The notes under the pieces: generated by a model
What the model was told of the DNA's origin: nothing
The model's input: the letters and a program-made list of their open reading frames with translations, nothing else
Database searches by the model: none
Origin: a virus
Length of the DNA: 41,858 bases
Reading direction: 5' to 3' (one strand)
Virus genome (UHGV): UHGV-0466892
In this document: positions 20,178 through 28,893 of the stretch, piece by piece
Position numbering within the stretch: the stretch's first letter is position 1
Layout: each line of letters opens with the position of its first letter
Translations under genes and position numbers: made by a program

Positions 20178-20647
20178 CCCATCATCTTGCGGTAAATCTC
20201 TGCGGCCTGATCTGCAGTGAGATTGGTCGTCTCGGTCTTGATCGGGCCGCCATCCTTGCCGGTGCTCTCAACCTTCAGCTTATTGGTGTAAGCGTCGCCA
20301 ACCTCTTTCGCGGCCTGTTCAATCAGCTGCGCCGTCAGGGAGAAGTTTTTCATCCCCTCGGTTTTGGTTGCCATGCGGTCAAGCACGCGGAGGCGATAGG
20401 ATTTGTTCGCGATCGGAATGTCGCTGGTTTCGGTCAGGAACCGTTCGCGCGTCGCGTGGAACATCTCGATCCACTTTTTGGCGAGCGTCTTACCGCTGGC
20501 CTTCGTGGGGTCGTGAGATTCAGCCTGCTGGCGGGTGATCTTGATCCCAAATTCTTTTTGGACAGCCTCGACCACCTGCGATGGCGTGTCATAGCACGCA
20601 AGCGACTGAATGATGAAGGCTTTCACATCAGGTTTTAATGCAGCCAT
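20174..20647 (-). CDS. terminase small subunit (putative)
   Basis: 157-aa ORF immediately upstream of TerL. Confidence 0.6.
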   Translation of the reverse strand: MAALKPDVKAFIIQSLACYDTPSQVVEAVQKEFGIKITRQQAESHDPTKASGKTLAKKWIEMFHATRERFLTETSDIPIANKSYRLRVLDRMATKTEGMKNFSLTAQLIEQAAKEVGDAYTNKLKVESTGKDGGPIKTETTNLTADQAAEIYRKMMG

Positions 20648-20678
20648 AAATCACCATTCGTCTTATACAGTCCAGTAT

Positions 20679-21299
20679 TTAAGCCAGTCGCAGCATGCAC
20701 GTCCCGCACGCTCTGGCAATATCGAGATGAGCAACCTCCGCTGGCTGATTCGCCGCATCAATCATTTCCTGCACGTCCCGGCTTGCACCGTAACGGCGAA
20801 CCACGCCCACAAACTCTTCCACGTCATGACCGCGCAGCTTCAGCTTTGGCTGCCCTTCCTGCGTGAACTTCGGCGCGCCAAATTCATCTGTCGCCTGGCA
20901 GATGTGATAAAGCTCGTGCTCTATCAGCGCGCAGAACTCCAGATCGGAACATTGCGAACAGTAATCGGCGGCGAGCGTGATGATGAAATGCGGCACCCTG
21001 CCGAACCATTCATACATCTGCTGCTCCATCCGCGCTTTCTGCCAGCCTCCGGCACGCATTGCCACTTCTTCCGCCTGCCCCAGCACGGAACGCCCTTTCT
21101 TCTCGAAAGCGTTCGACGCCCAGAGAAAGCACAGATCCGCTTCAAGCAAATGCTGGTGGTCAGGGTTGTAGAGGTCACCCTCATCGCTCAGGATGTGCTG
21201 ATTCAGCCACTCGCCAACGTCATTAGCGGGCATAATGCTGATGTACGGCTTCGGGTCAGGTGGCATCGTAAAATGCGCTGGTGGGTGTGGTCTGTTCAT
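20679..21299 (-). CDS. putative zinc metallopeptidase (HExxH)
   Basis: 206 aa; motif IEHELYHICQ contains HExxH; lies between the lysis cassette and terminase. Confidence 0.55.
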   Translation of the reverse strand: MNRPHPPAHFTMPPDPKPYISIMPANDVGEWLNQHILSDEGDLYNPDHQHLLEADLCFLWASNAFEKKGRSVLGQAEEVAMRAGGWQKARMEQQMYEWFGRVPHFIITLAADYCSQCSDLEFCALIEHELYHICQATDEFGAPKFTQEGQPKLKLRGHDVEEFVGVVRRYGASRDVQEMIDAANQPAEVAHLDIARACGTCMLRLA

Positions 21300-21353
21300 G
21301 AATAATTCCAGTGCTCCATTATCGAAGCCCCTCAGTGAAGGGCTTCTGTAATG

Positions 21354-21539
21354 TCAGTCCCGGACGAACGTAACCTTTGTGGTTATCATTCGCCGCACAA
21401 GGCGCGCCACTTCGCGTTGCATTTCATCAATTACTTTTGGCGTCAGTGGTTGATGCGCATATTTACGCTCAATCTCTGCAAAAATCCCGTTCAGCGCCTC
21501 GCTGCTTGGCGGGATAACTTCAACGTTTAATCGTGCCAT
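21354..21539 (-). CDS. small hypothetical protein
   Basis: 61-aa ORF downstream of the spanin genes; no recognisable motif. Confidence 0.3.
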   Translation of the reverse strand: MARLNVEVIPPSSEALNGIFAEIERKYAHQPLTPKVIDEMQREVARLVRRMITTKVTFVRD

Positions 21540-21798
21540 CGGTTTGTCCTGCCCTGTTGTTCTCGAAAGTCCTGATATCAGCCTTATCCCTGTTGCACTG
21601 TGCTAACGCTGACAACAACGCAACATTCAGGTTAAGGCTTGCTCCCCACGTAAACGGATCGGGTAAATCTGGCTGGGGTGTTTCAGCCGTCAGGTTGGCT
21701 GGTAACGGAACCACCGGAACTGGAACGTAGACCGTTCGCGTAGTCGTGCAGCCGCTTAACTGCGCCAGAAGGCACAAAACGAACAGCACAATCATCAT
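21520..21798 (-). CDS. o-spanin (Rz1-like outer-membrane lipoprotein), start at the internal MM
   Basis: Lipobox LAQLSGC after a hydrophobic leader (MMIVLFVLCLLAQLSGC), proline-rich body; begins inside the Rz gene in a different frame. Confidence 0.65.
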   Translation of the reverse strand: MMIVLFVLCLLAQLSGCTTTRTVYVPVPVVPLPANLTAETPQPDLPDPFTWGASLNLNVALLSALAQCNRDKADIRTFENNRAGQTDGTIKR

Positions 21799-22075
21799 CC
21801 GCAACAGCCACTTTGATATCTTCCTCGGTTCTCTGTGACTCCAGTGCGATCTGCTGCCTGGCATATTGATTTGTCTCCAGAATGATGTTCGTTATTGCTA
21901 CGGTGCGCAGGACATTCGCGGTGATGGTCTCAAAGGAATCAGCGCGCTGTTCTGCATCGTCAGCGCGCCGCTGTTCCTCCAGAAACTTTCCATGGTAATG
22001 ATTCGCTGACCAGACAAGACCACCAGCAATACAAGCAATAAACGTTAAAATGAGCGCCCAATAACTCATCTTCAT
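21683..22075 (-). CDS. i-spanin (Rz-like)
   Basis: 130 aa; N-terminal transmembrane helix then charged coiled-coil region; ATGA overlap with the endolysin stop. Confidence 0.7.
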   Translation of the reverse strand: MKMSYWALILTFIACIAGGLVWSANHYHGKFLEEQRRADDAEQRADSFETITANVLRTVAITNIILETNQYARQQIALESQRTEEDIKVAVADDDCAVRFVPSGAVKRLHDYANGLRSSSGGSVTSQPDG

Positions 22076-22686
22076 ACCAGCAGCGCCGCCCGCGCCTTGT
22101 TGTATCGGACCTTACGATCCTCAATACCGTTCAGACCGCCGTTAATGATGCGAGTAACACGATTAATATCGGCACCGTAGATCATGCAGCCTTTAGAGGT
22201 GTAGAACCATGCAGCTGAGCGCGCAGCCTGTAGTTCCTGTTCCAGTTGTTCAGGTGAAGTCACCAAATCTAACTTCAGAGCAGCCCCGCAGGTGCGATAA
22301 TTGTCGAGGCCAGTGATTTGAATTAACCCTCTGCCGCGATATTTCCAGCCGTCGCCGGGCGCTTTGTTACCCAGGCGGTTGCTATACACCAGATTGGCAA
22401 TAGCATCCTGACGAGCTGCATGTCCGGATGTTCTGCCAAGGGCATCAGCCTGCTGCTGTGTGATCCTCTTTCCGAACGTCGCCACCAGCGCAGATGGTGT
22501 GTAGTTCAAATTTTCAACTACAGCGCTAAAGCCACCAGACTCATGACCTACCTGAGCGATGAACATGGCCTGATCCGCGGGTGCTGTAATGCCGAATTCT
22601 TTCATCGCTGCATCTACTGGTTGAAACCAGCGCACAGCCAGTCCGGCGCTGATACCAGCCGCCTTTTGAAATAATTGTTGGTTCAT
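22072..22686 (-). CDS. endolysin, glycoside hydrolase family 19 (chitinase-like lysozyme)
   Basis: 204 aa; motif WKYRGRGLIQITGLDNYRTCG typical of GH19 phage endolysins; follows the holin genes. Confidence 0.85.
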   Translation of the reverse strand: MNQQLFQKAAGISAGLAVRWFQPVDAAMKEFGITAPADQAMFIAQVGHESGGFSAVVENLNYTPSALVATFGKRITQQQADALGRTSGHAARQDAIANLVYSNRLGNKAPGDGWKYRGRGLIQITGLDNYRTCGAALKLDLVTSPEQLEQELQAARSAAWFYTSKGCMIYGADINRVTRIINGGLNGIEDRKVRYNKARAALLV

Positions 22687-22967
22687 TAGTGCCTCAGATG
22701 ATCAACCAGGCGTGCAACGTTGCCTCTGACGGCCACCAGCACGGAAAGAAAAATAGTATTCGCCACGATAATGGGCCATGAGGAATGGGGATAAATCCCA
22801 CAGAGATAGGCCAACGGAACAGCACTGTATGTAACAGTAATCAGCCAGGCTAAACGTGAAACCCAAGGACGATGCCGCGAATCACCACGACGATAAAACA
22901 TCAGAGTAATAACAACACAAGCACATAACAGCGCGTTTATAGTTGCTGTCGGGTCATTTAGCTCCAC
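22686..22967 (-). CDS. holin/antiholin-like membrane protein
   Basis: 93 aa with 2-3 hydrophobic helices, between the first holin and the endolysin. Confidence 0.55.
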   Translation of the reverse strand: MELNDPTATINALLCACVVITLMFYRRGDSRHRPWVSRLAWLITVTYSAVPLAYLCGIYPHSSWPIIVANTIFLSVLVAVRGNVARLVDHLRH

Positions 22968-23340
22968 CTGAACCTCCCCGGCGCGTTATGAGCGCCACCA
23001 GCGACCCGATATCCTGATTATTCAGGAACGTCAGGATCTTAACGGCTAAAGCAGATACGATTACGGCACCAATGGCATCCAGAGGTTTATCACTGTATCC
23101 GGTCAAGCTTGCCAGCTTGGAGCCAACCAACCCAGAGCAAAGGATCCCGGCAATATACGACACGATAAAATATGCCAGTCGGCGCGATGCGCTCAGATCC
23201 GCTGCTGTTGCTATGTAGAATACAGTCCCTGCAAATGCGCCAAATACAACGCCGTAATCAGTTCCGGTCAGCAGTCCATAAACACTGGCACCCGTCAGGG
23301 CACCACCAGCCAGCCCAGTACCGGAAATTGGATCGGACAT
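22954..23340 (-). CDS. holin
   Basis: 128 aa, glycine-rich with multiple transmembrane segments; first gene of the lysis cassette. Confidence 0.6.
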   Translation of the reverse strand: MSDPISGTGLAGGALTGASVYGLLTGTDYGVVFGAFAGTVFYIATAADLSASRRLAYFIVSYIAGILCSGLVGSKLASLTGYSDKPLDAIGAVIVSALAVKILTFLNNQDIGSLVALITRRGGSGGAK

Positions 23341-23451
23341 TTAGCCCCCTCTTAATTGCTGTGAGTCCTCTCAGGTATGAGGGGAAATAGGCTCAGGCTT
23401 CACGGGTTGGATTTATCAACAAAGCACGTAGCGGATGATTACCGTGAGCCG

Positions 23452-23483
23452 GAAATAAAAAAGCCCCAGCGGGTGCCGGGGCG
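23452..23483 (-). terminator. rho-independent terminator (minus strand)
   Basis: GC stem around 23463-23482 followed on the minus strand by a T-run (complement of aaataaaaaa at 23452-23461). Confidence 0.5.
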
Positions 23484-23574
23484 AGTTATAGATAAGTGCA
23501 TGCTCTAGCAGCAAATCACTGTATTTGATATCGTTAAATCGCCAAAAATAACCCTATCAAACATGGAGAATTAT

Positions 23575-23724
23575 ATGAGTGAATCAAACAAACCATCTGG
23601 AGAAAATAAGCCTCAACCCGCACCACAGCCTAAACCGGCTCCACAGCCAGCCGAAAGAAATCTGAGGACAGGTTATACCTTTGTTGCCGATTCTGCTGAA
23701 AACATCAGAAAAAAAGGTAAGTAA
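23575..23724 (+). CDS. candidate small proline-rich protein (49 aa), uncertain
   Basis: ATG at 23575 with GGAG 7 nt upstream; MSESNKPSGENKPQPAPQPKPAPQPAERNLRTGYTFVADSAENIRKKGK; 3' end overlaps the convergent minus-strand gene by 20 nt. Confidence 0.25.
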   Translation: MSESNKPSGENKPQPAPQPKPAPQPAERNLRTGYTFVADSAENIRKKGK

Positions 23725-24274
23725 GTACTGAGATTACAAGTGCACAAACAGGGGTGAGGATTGTAGCGATCCTTACCCTTTCTAGTTCTCGGCCTATTCT
23801 GGCATTCTCTTTTTTACTCATTTCAGCCATTCTGGTTAAATCCGCAAGCCGGTAGCGCCGCAAGACGTTCAATGTTGAACGCTTTCCTGAAAATCCTTTC
23901 GACTCAAAACCAGTGTAATCATCTTCAGTAAACCCTTTATAGTCATCATGGTAAAGCGCATAGGGTGTCGATGACACGAGAGCTCGTGACCTTACAACGA
24001 GGACGCAGCGAACAAGATAAGCCGCACACATTGCCCAGTAGACTAAAAAAACAGACATTCCAGCGGTGAGGTAATCAAAACCTGTACGTTGCGTTAATAA
24101 CAAAAATGACGAGCCCACGCCAGCAATGAGTATACTCAATAACTTCTGGCCATTTTCTTTGTTTAGTGCGTTGGACTGGTGAATTTCGCGTATACAATCC
24201 TCGCCCTGCTTCTCCAGAAAAGCAACGAGTTCGTCGTCCGCATCCAAAAAGTAATCATCGGGTAGATTATTCAT
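23705..24274 (-). CDS. membrane protein of unknown function (cargo gene between Q and the lysis cassette)
   Basis: 189 aa; acidic N-terminal segment, two central transmembrane helices and a C-terminal hydrophobic anchor; ATG at 24274; flanked by terminator-like hairpins. Confidence 0.6.
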   Translation of the reverse strand: MNNLPDDYFLDADDELVAFLEKQGEDCIREIHQSNALNKENGQKLLSILIAGVGSSFLLLTQRTGFDYLTAGMSVFLVYWAMCAAYLVRCVLVVRSRALVSSTPYALYHDDYKGFTEDDYTGFESKGFSGKRSTLNVLRRYRLADLTRMAEMSKKENARIGRELERVRIATILTPVCALVISVLTYLFF

Positions 24275-24350
24275 TCCCCAACCTCACATCCTGTAATGCA
24301 TCAATTTTACCTGAATGTCTCGAACCTTGGTATTGCTGTCTCCAGAAACG

Positions 24351-24379
24351 CAAAAAACCCCACGGTGTTATCCGCAGGG
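24351..24379 (-). terminator. tR'-like terminator downstream of the late promoter
   Basis: On the minus-strand transcript CCCTGCGG-ataacac-CCGTGGGG forms an 8-bp stem (two G-U pairs) followed by TTTTTTG; the plus-strand version has mismatches. Confidence 0.5.
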
Positions 24380-24478
24380 CTTGAAACGAAGGCATTAACC
24401 CATCGTTGGGACAAAATTAACACAGATTCGGGAAAAGTAAATAGCCCAAGACAAAATCATAGGCTATCGCTATAGGCG
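24380..24478 (-). promoter_or_regulatory. probable late promoter / Q-utilisation region (pR'-like)
   Basis: About 100-bp AT-rich non-coding stretch immediately downstream of Q with weak -35/-10-like hexamers (TTTACT ... TAATTT), followed by the terminator. Confidence 0.35.
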
Positions 24479-25261
24479 TTACCGCGTTATCTGCTTAAGC
24501 TGTTTTTCGGCCCAGGACTCTTCGATATCAAATTTCGTGATCAGCAGGTCGTAGAATGGCTTAACAGACTTTTTCCAGGTGTCCAGGCTAATGGCGTCAG
24601 TAATCTGGCATACAGCAGCATAGGCTTCAGTCGACGGAAGTCGTTCATACCCACGCCCTCCGCAGCGCTTACAGTCAGCCAGAACAGGAACGCCCTGTTT
24701 CTCAGTAAGAGCCTGGTTCACTGCCTTGCCGCGCCCATGGCAATCACTGCAAGAAGCACTAACCACACCAGAGCCATTACACTTTTTGCATAGCACTTTG
24801 ATGGATTCTTTGACCTTCACCATCCCGGACACGGTCATTTTCCCTTCTGGCTTACGGAATTTATTGGTAAACACGTCAGCCTCAATGAAGCCCTGACCGT
24901 CACAACAATCGCACTGCTTCACGCTGGCAGCGCTGCGGGAATAGTCCTCAAAAGCGAAGGTGGCCAACTGGTGCATCACCTGAGGTTTAACCGCGGCACC
25001 GAGCTTACGCAGTGCGGCAACCTTGTCGCATTTTGTCATCGCGTACTCAGCCAGCAGACCGATCGCCCGATCCCGGTCGTTATTGCTTATGCCCATCTTG
25101 CCGAGGAAGGCGCTGTAACCCATTGCGGCGCGTTCCTGCGTCATGCCCATGGCAGCCATTATGTCGGTACCGGTCAGTGAATCGGAGGCGGTAGCGCGCG
25201 GAGAATCGCTAATCAGTGTGGATTTAGCGAAGTGGTATTTCACTGTGTTTTCAAGGTTCAT
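24479..25261 (-). CDS. Q: late-gene antitermination protein Q
   Basis: 260 aa; Cys-rich zinc-binding region (CDCCDGQG ... CKKCNGSG ... CSDCHGRG ... CKRCGGRG); located between RusA and the lysis genes as in lambdoid phages. Confidence 0.8.
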   Translation of the reverse strand: MNLENTVKYHFAKSTLISDSPRATASDSLTGTDIMAAMGMTQERAAMGYSAFLGKMGISNNDRDRAIGLLAEYAMTKCDKVAALRKLGAAVKPQVMHQLATFAFEDYSRSAASVKQCDCCDGQGFIEADVFTNKFRKPEGKMTVSGMVKVKESIKVLCKKCNGSGVVSASCSDCHGRGKAVNQALTEKQGVPVLADCKRCGGRGYERLPSTEAYAAVCQITDAISLDTWKKSVKPFYDLLITKFDIEESWAEKQLKQITR

Positions 25262-25394
25262 AGCGCTTCTCCAGCATAAGTTTTCACGTAATTCTTCAGT
25301 ATCCGGTAGTCCGTTAGCACAGAGCCGGGAAAGTGGTATAAGCGAAGCCGCTGCCAGCGAACGCGGAGGTGATCGGAAAAACAGGATTCAAATG

Positions 25395-25757
25395 TCATAC
25401 GGCCTCCAGCCCGGTGATTGTCAGTTCCAGCTTTCCACCTTTGGTAACGGGCATCTTCACAACGCGATAATCAACGACCTGAGCATCGTCCAGCCAGAAA
25501 CCTGCTTTGGTGAGTGCGTCAAAAGCGGCCTTTTGCAGATTATCCAGGTCACGGCGACGGCGATCCGGCATGTGGCACTCAATGCGGATTTTCACAGGCA
25601 TAGCCAGACCGATATCCAGCATTGCGTTTTTAATGATTCGGGCGACGTTATCGCGGTATGCCTGCCCTTCTGCGCTGATGTGCGTGCGCCCGCGATTATG
25701 GCGGTAGTAGCGGTTATTGCTCGGCGGCCAGGGCAATGTGATGTTGTAAGTATTCAC
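25395..25757 (-). CDS. rusA: Holliday junction resolvase RusA
   Basis: N-terminus (V)[22 protein letters not shown] matches the RusA family; GTG start overlaps the stop of the upstream gene (GTGA). Confidence 0.9.
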   Translation of the reverse strand: MNTYNITLPWPPSNNRYYRHNRGRTHISAEGQAYRDNVARIIKNAMLDIGLAMPVKIRIECHMPDRRRRDLDNLQKAAFDALTKAGFWLDDAQVVDYRVVKMPVTKGGKLELTITGLEAV

Positions 25758-26044
25758 GCCTTGATTACCCCCTCTTTCAGCCAGATAACCTGCGTTCTCG
25801 CCATACCTTCCAGCGCGCATTCTTTAGCATACTCAGCATCGACAAAATGTGTACGGCGGTCGATCTCGTCGTGACAGGCAGAGCATGCAATGGTGGCAAT
25901 CAGATCAGGCGGTTTGATTCCGGTGCCACATAACCCGGCCAGGCGAATGTGCGCCAGTACAGACGTTTCCGGGTTACCGTTGCAGACGCCGGGAATTCGA
26001 ACCTGACAATCACGACCACGAGCCTCTTTGCGTAAATTTGCCAT
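25754..26044 (-). CDS. ybcO: YbcO-like protein (DUF1364, putative nuclease)
   Basis: [42 protein letters not shown]... closely resembles E. coli DLP12 YbcO as recalled; start trimmed to the internal Met; precedes rusA as in DLP12. Confidence 0.75.
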   Translation of the reverse strand: MANLRKEARGRDCQVRIPGVCNGNPETSVLAHIRLAGLCGTGIKPPDLIATIACSACHDEIDRRTHFVDAEYAKECALEGMARTQVIWLKEGVIKA

Positions 26045-26046
26045 GC

Positions 26047-26256
26047 TCACCCCCACGCCTTGCTTTGCCATACCCGGCTCGGGCGAGGCGCGTTGTCGCC
26101 TTCCGGCAATTGCGCGCTGACGGTCCAGGTGATGTTGTCGCGATTCAGGCTGCGCTCTGTCTTTACACCGCGCGCCCGGTATTTCTCCACCAGCTCGTCG
26201 GCCTGTTCGGTGGTGCATTCGTGATGGTGGAACCAGGAAAATTTCATCGCCATCAC
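26047..26256 (-). CDS. small nin-region protein (hypothetical)
   Basis: 69-aa ORF, tightly coupled to both neighbours. Confidence 0.4.
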   Translation of the reverse strand: MMAMKFSWFHHHECTTEQADELVEKYRARGVKTERSLNRDNITWTVSAQLPEGDNAPRPSRVWQSKAWG

Positions 26257-26852
26257 CCCGCAAAGCTCATCAGCTGGGCGGCGGCGTTTTCTGCCTCTTC
26301 ACAACTGCGAAATGATCGGGAGAGTATCCATCGCCACAGAACATCGAGCGCGGCTTTGTACAGCTGCTGGAACTCGGTTTCGTCCATGTTAGCGAAGGCA
26401 ATACTGCGGGGATGTTTGCGAAGTGTTCCGTCAGGAAGCTGAATAGCGTCATAGTGACCAGACTCGACGATCACCCAGGCGCGATAAGCATCATAGGATT
26501 TGCAGATGCTGATGCTACCGGCGCGCTTATCGGCGATGCGGTCCAGATATTGCTCGGCAGCATCCAGCAGTGCGCCTTCGTTTCCACCAAATGCCGCGAG
26601 GAATTTAGCATAACCATTTACGAGCTTACGCTCATTGCTGGATATCGCCCCTCCAGTAGGTTCCCAGTATTCAAACCCGAGATTCAGGAGCGCAAAAAAA
26701 CGGCGATGGAATGCGGGATTCCTCACCTGGCGAAATTCGGCTACCAGCACGGCGCCGAGTTTGATTTTTGATTGCAGAATATCGCTGGTCTCCGGCGTCG
26801 CGGGGATCAGGATTCCTGATGACTGCTTGATGAGTTGTAGTTCGTGCGCCAT
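26253..26852 (-). CDS. nin-region protein (DUF1367-like)
   Basis: 199-aa ORF in the nin-like region. Confidence 0.5.
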   Translation of the reverse strand: MAHELQLIKQSSGILIPATPETSDILQSKIKLGAVLVAEFRQVRNPAFHRRFFALLNLGFEYWEPTGGAISSNERKLVNGYAKFLAAFGGNEGALLDAAEQYLDRIADKRAGSISICKSYDAYRAWVIVESGHYDAIQLPDGTLRKHPRSIAFANMDETEFQQLYKAALDVLWRWILSRSFRSCEEAENAAAQLMSFAG

Positions 26853-26886
26853 GGTTTCTCTCCGTGGCGCAGTAGGTTACGGTTGT

Positions 26887-27135
26887 TCAGACCGTTGATT
26901 TCATATTATCAGAAGGTGGGGTTACCCGGTAGCCGAGACGGTGAATAAACTGCATAAAACCATTAGGAGTAAAGACCTCTTCATCATCCAGCAAAGGCCG
27001 CATAGAAACCATGCCATTGACGCGATAAATTAGATGCCTGCCCGATGAAGGAAAGCTAAACACCACGCAGCCGTCAGACCTTCTTACAATGTCATACCAG
27101 TTGTCATCTGACGTTTGCAAAGCTGAATCACTCAC
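26887..27135 (-). CDS. hypothetical protein
   Basis: 82-aa ORF; no motif recognised. Confidence 0.35.
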   Translation of the reverse strand: MSDSALQTSDDNWYDIVRRSDGCVVFSFPSSGRHLIYRVNGMVSMRPLLDDEEVFTPNGFMQFIHRLGYRVTPPSDNMKSTV

Positions 27136-27288
27136 ATTTATGTTCTCCCTTCGAGCGACTAACAGACGCGATTAAAGATTGTCGGCAGCAGCATCAGAGG
27201 GTTACGCAAATTGCGGTATTCTGATAAATGCGCGCCAGCCTTAAGCGCAATTCTAATAAAACCAGTCGTCAGCGCTTTCCCAGGTTTC

Positions 27289-27486
27289 CTAGAGGATGGA
27301 TTCGATTTTCTTTTTATCGTCCTTGTCTCCACCGAAAACACTTAACCCATCGGACCCGGCACGGCGGATTGTGAGCCTGCAATTGTCATAGTGATCATTC
27401 AGGCGCTTAAGCAATTCTTTCTCCAGTGCTGGTACCGCGCCTTTAGGAAGTTCTTTCATGCGATCAATGGTTAATTCAACTTTCAT
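27289..27486 (-). CDS. dinI: DinI-like SOS-regulated protein
   Basis: MKVELTIDRMKELPKGAVPALEKELLKRLNDHY... resembles DinI; start set at the second ATG, which has a GGAGG Shine-Dalgarno; LexA box just upstream. Confidence 0.7.
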   Translation of the reverse strand: MKVELTIDRMKELPKGAVPALEKELLKRLNDHYDNCRLTIRRAGSDGLSVFGGDKDDKKKIESIL

Positions 27487-27504
27487 AATGGCCTCCATTG
27501 CATG

Positions 27505-27524
27505 TACTGTGTTTTTATACAGTA
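27505..27524. promoter_or_regulatory. LexA (SOS) box TACTGTGTTTTTATACAGTA
   Basis: Perfect CTGT-N8-ACAG palindrome with flanking TA, located just upstream of the dinI-like start. Confidence 0.7.
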
Positions 27525-27582
27525 TACCTATGCACGGAAATGATCAACGTTTTAAGAGCACAAATTGTTAATTTTCTGTCAG

Positions 27583-27614
27583 TAGTAAAAAAAGAAAACC
27601 CGCCGTAGCGGGTT
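27583..27614 (-). terminator. rho-independent terminator (minus strand)
   Basis: aacccgc cgta gcgggtt stem-loop followed on the minus strand by ttcttttttt. Confidence 0.6.
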
Positions 27615-27817
27615 GAATTAGCAATGTTTTATTAAGCCGCTATTTGTTTCTGCTGACAAAGCTCTGGCAAATTTGCACGCACCAGTGCTTCAGCAAACAT
27701 CGCTGGCTCCGCCGTGAAATCGCGGGATTCTGTTTTGTATCTGCTAATTATGAACCAGCAGAAACTTTACTAAGATATGAAAATTAGCCTGCTTAAACAG
27801 CCTTTATGAAAGGTTAG

Positions 27818-28285
27818 TTAATCTTCAAAAAGCTTAAAAGCCAAGTAAGCAACACTTGCGACTGCTGCGACAGGTGCCACCGCTGTGATTATTGCCCCGG
27901 CGGCCATTCCTCCTCCAACAACCGAACCAACGGCTGCCATTCCGGATGAGATCGACGCAGCCCCTGCCGTTCCTGCTGCGCCTGCTAAAGATGCAACACT
28001 GGCTCCAACTGTTCCAGCTGTTGCAGACATTATAGTAGCAGCTGACCCACCAGTAACGGCCGAAGCTGTAGTGGCTGCAACGCCAGCAGTTCCGATCAAT
28101 CCACCAGCACCGACAATTGTTGAAGATTTTATTTCTGAATTTGAATCAAGCACAGTTTTTCCAGGCGACCGAGAGTTCGAATCTTCTATAGTGTTCTCCC
28201 TAACGGCTTGTTCAAGGGCCTCGGCAAATACTCTCACTGCCTGCTGGGGTGATGAATGTTGCACAACTTCATTCTTAGTATCCAT
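27818..28285 (-). CDS. Gly/Ala-rich glycine-zipper membrane protein (cargo gene)
   Basis: 155 aa; polar ~60-aa N-terminus, then about 90 aa of G/A/S/T/V-rich hydrophobic sequence with repeated small-xxx-small spacing; own upstream AT-rich region and downstream terminator. Confidence 0.55.
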   Translation of the reverse strand: MDTKNEVVQHSSPQQAVRVFAEALEQAVRENTIEDSNSRSPGKTVLDSNSEIKSSTIVGAGGLIGTAGVAATTASAVTGGSAATIMSATAGTVGASVASLAGAAGTAGAASISSGMAAVGSVVGGGMAAGAIITAVAPVAAVASVAYLAFKLFED

Positions 28286-28413
28286 TATCGCTCTCCGGGT
28301 ATAATTTCATTGCTGTCCATTATCATAAACTAAGATTTACACTCTCAGTAATGTCCATCTCACAATGCATAATCAAATACACTCGAAACATTATTCATTG
28401 TTGCTACGGTGAG

Positions 28414-28893
28414 TCAGCTAAAATCAATACGCTCATGATTCATTCTGTCATGTACACATGGCTCACCGTCTTTCGGCTCAGGCCATTTGCGCTGTTTGTT
28501 AATCGCCAACTTCTCTACCATCGCTTGGGTAATCTGTTCATCACTGATACCGGCACGACGCTGCGTATCCCATAACAGGAATTGCATGTCAGCCCATTCG
28601 CTAAGGTCGCCAGGTTCAGCAGCAGCCTCGAGCGCTTCTTTAGAAAGGTGCTTCAGAGGACCAACTGGACCGACATCGCCGAAAGTAGCCTGTGACCATG
28701 TAGCATGCTCACGGCGTACTTGCTCACGGGCCATCGACTCCAGAACTCCATTGATCACCTTCACAGCATCAGCCATCGCATAGCCGACATTACCGCCGTC
28801 GCTTTGTGCTGCTGCTTTGCTGAGTATTTCACGTATCTGGTGCAGGCGATCGAGTGATACAGGACCGTGCGCCGGGTGGTTGTTAGTTGTCAT
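28414..28893 (-). CDS. DUF550-like protein (putative dATP/dGTP pyrophosphohydrolase domain)
   Basis: 159-aa ORF; family assignment from memory of prophage DUF550 proteins, not verified. Confidence 0.45.
   Translation of the reverse strand: MTTNNHPAHGPVSLDRLHQIREILSKAAAQSDGGNVGYAMADAVKVINGVLESMAREQVRREHATWSQATFGDVGPVGPLKHLSKEALEAAAEPGDLSEWADMQFLLWDTQRRAGISDEQITQAMVEKLAINKQRKWPEPKDGEPCVHDRMNHERIDFS

Noticed and set aside
20610-21305. 231-aa plus-strand ORF antisense to the metallopeptidase-like gene
   Set aside because: Reverse-frame artefact; the minus-strand ORF carries the HExxH motif and fits operon organisation.
25143-25874. 243-aa plus-strand ORF spanning Q and rusA
   Set aside because: Antisense to two well-supported minus-strand genes; no start signals.
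27885-28304. 139-aa plus-strand ORF (Ala/Pro/Thr-rich)
   Set aside because: Antisense image of the Gly/Ala-rich gene (GC-rich Gly/Ala codons read in reverse); the minus-strand gene has the flanking expression signals.
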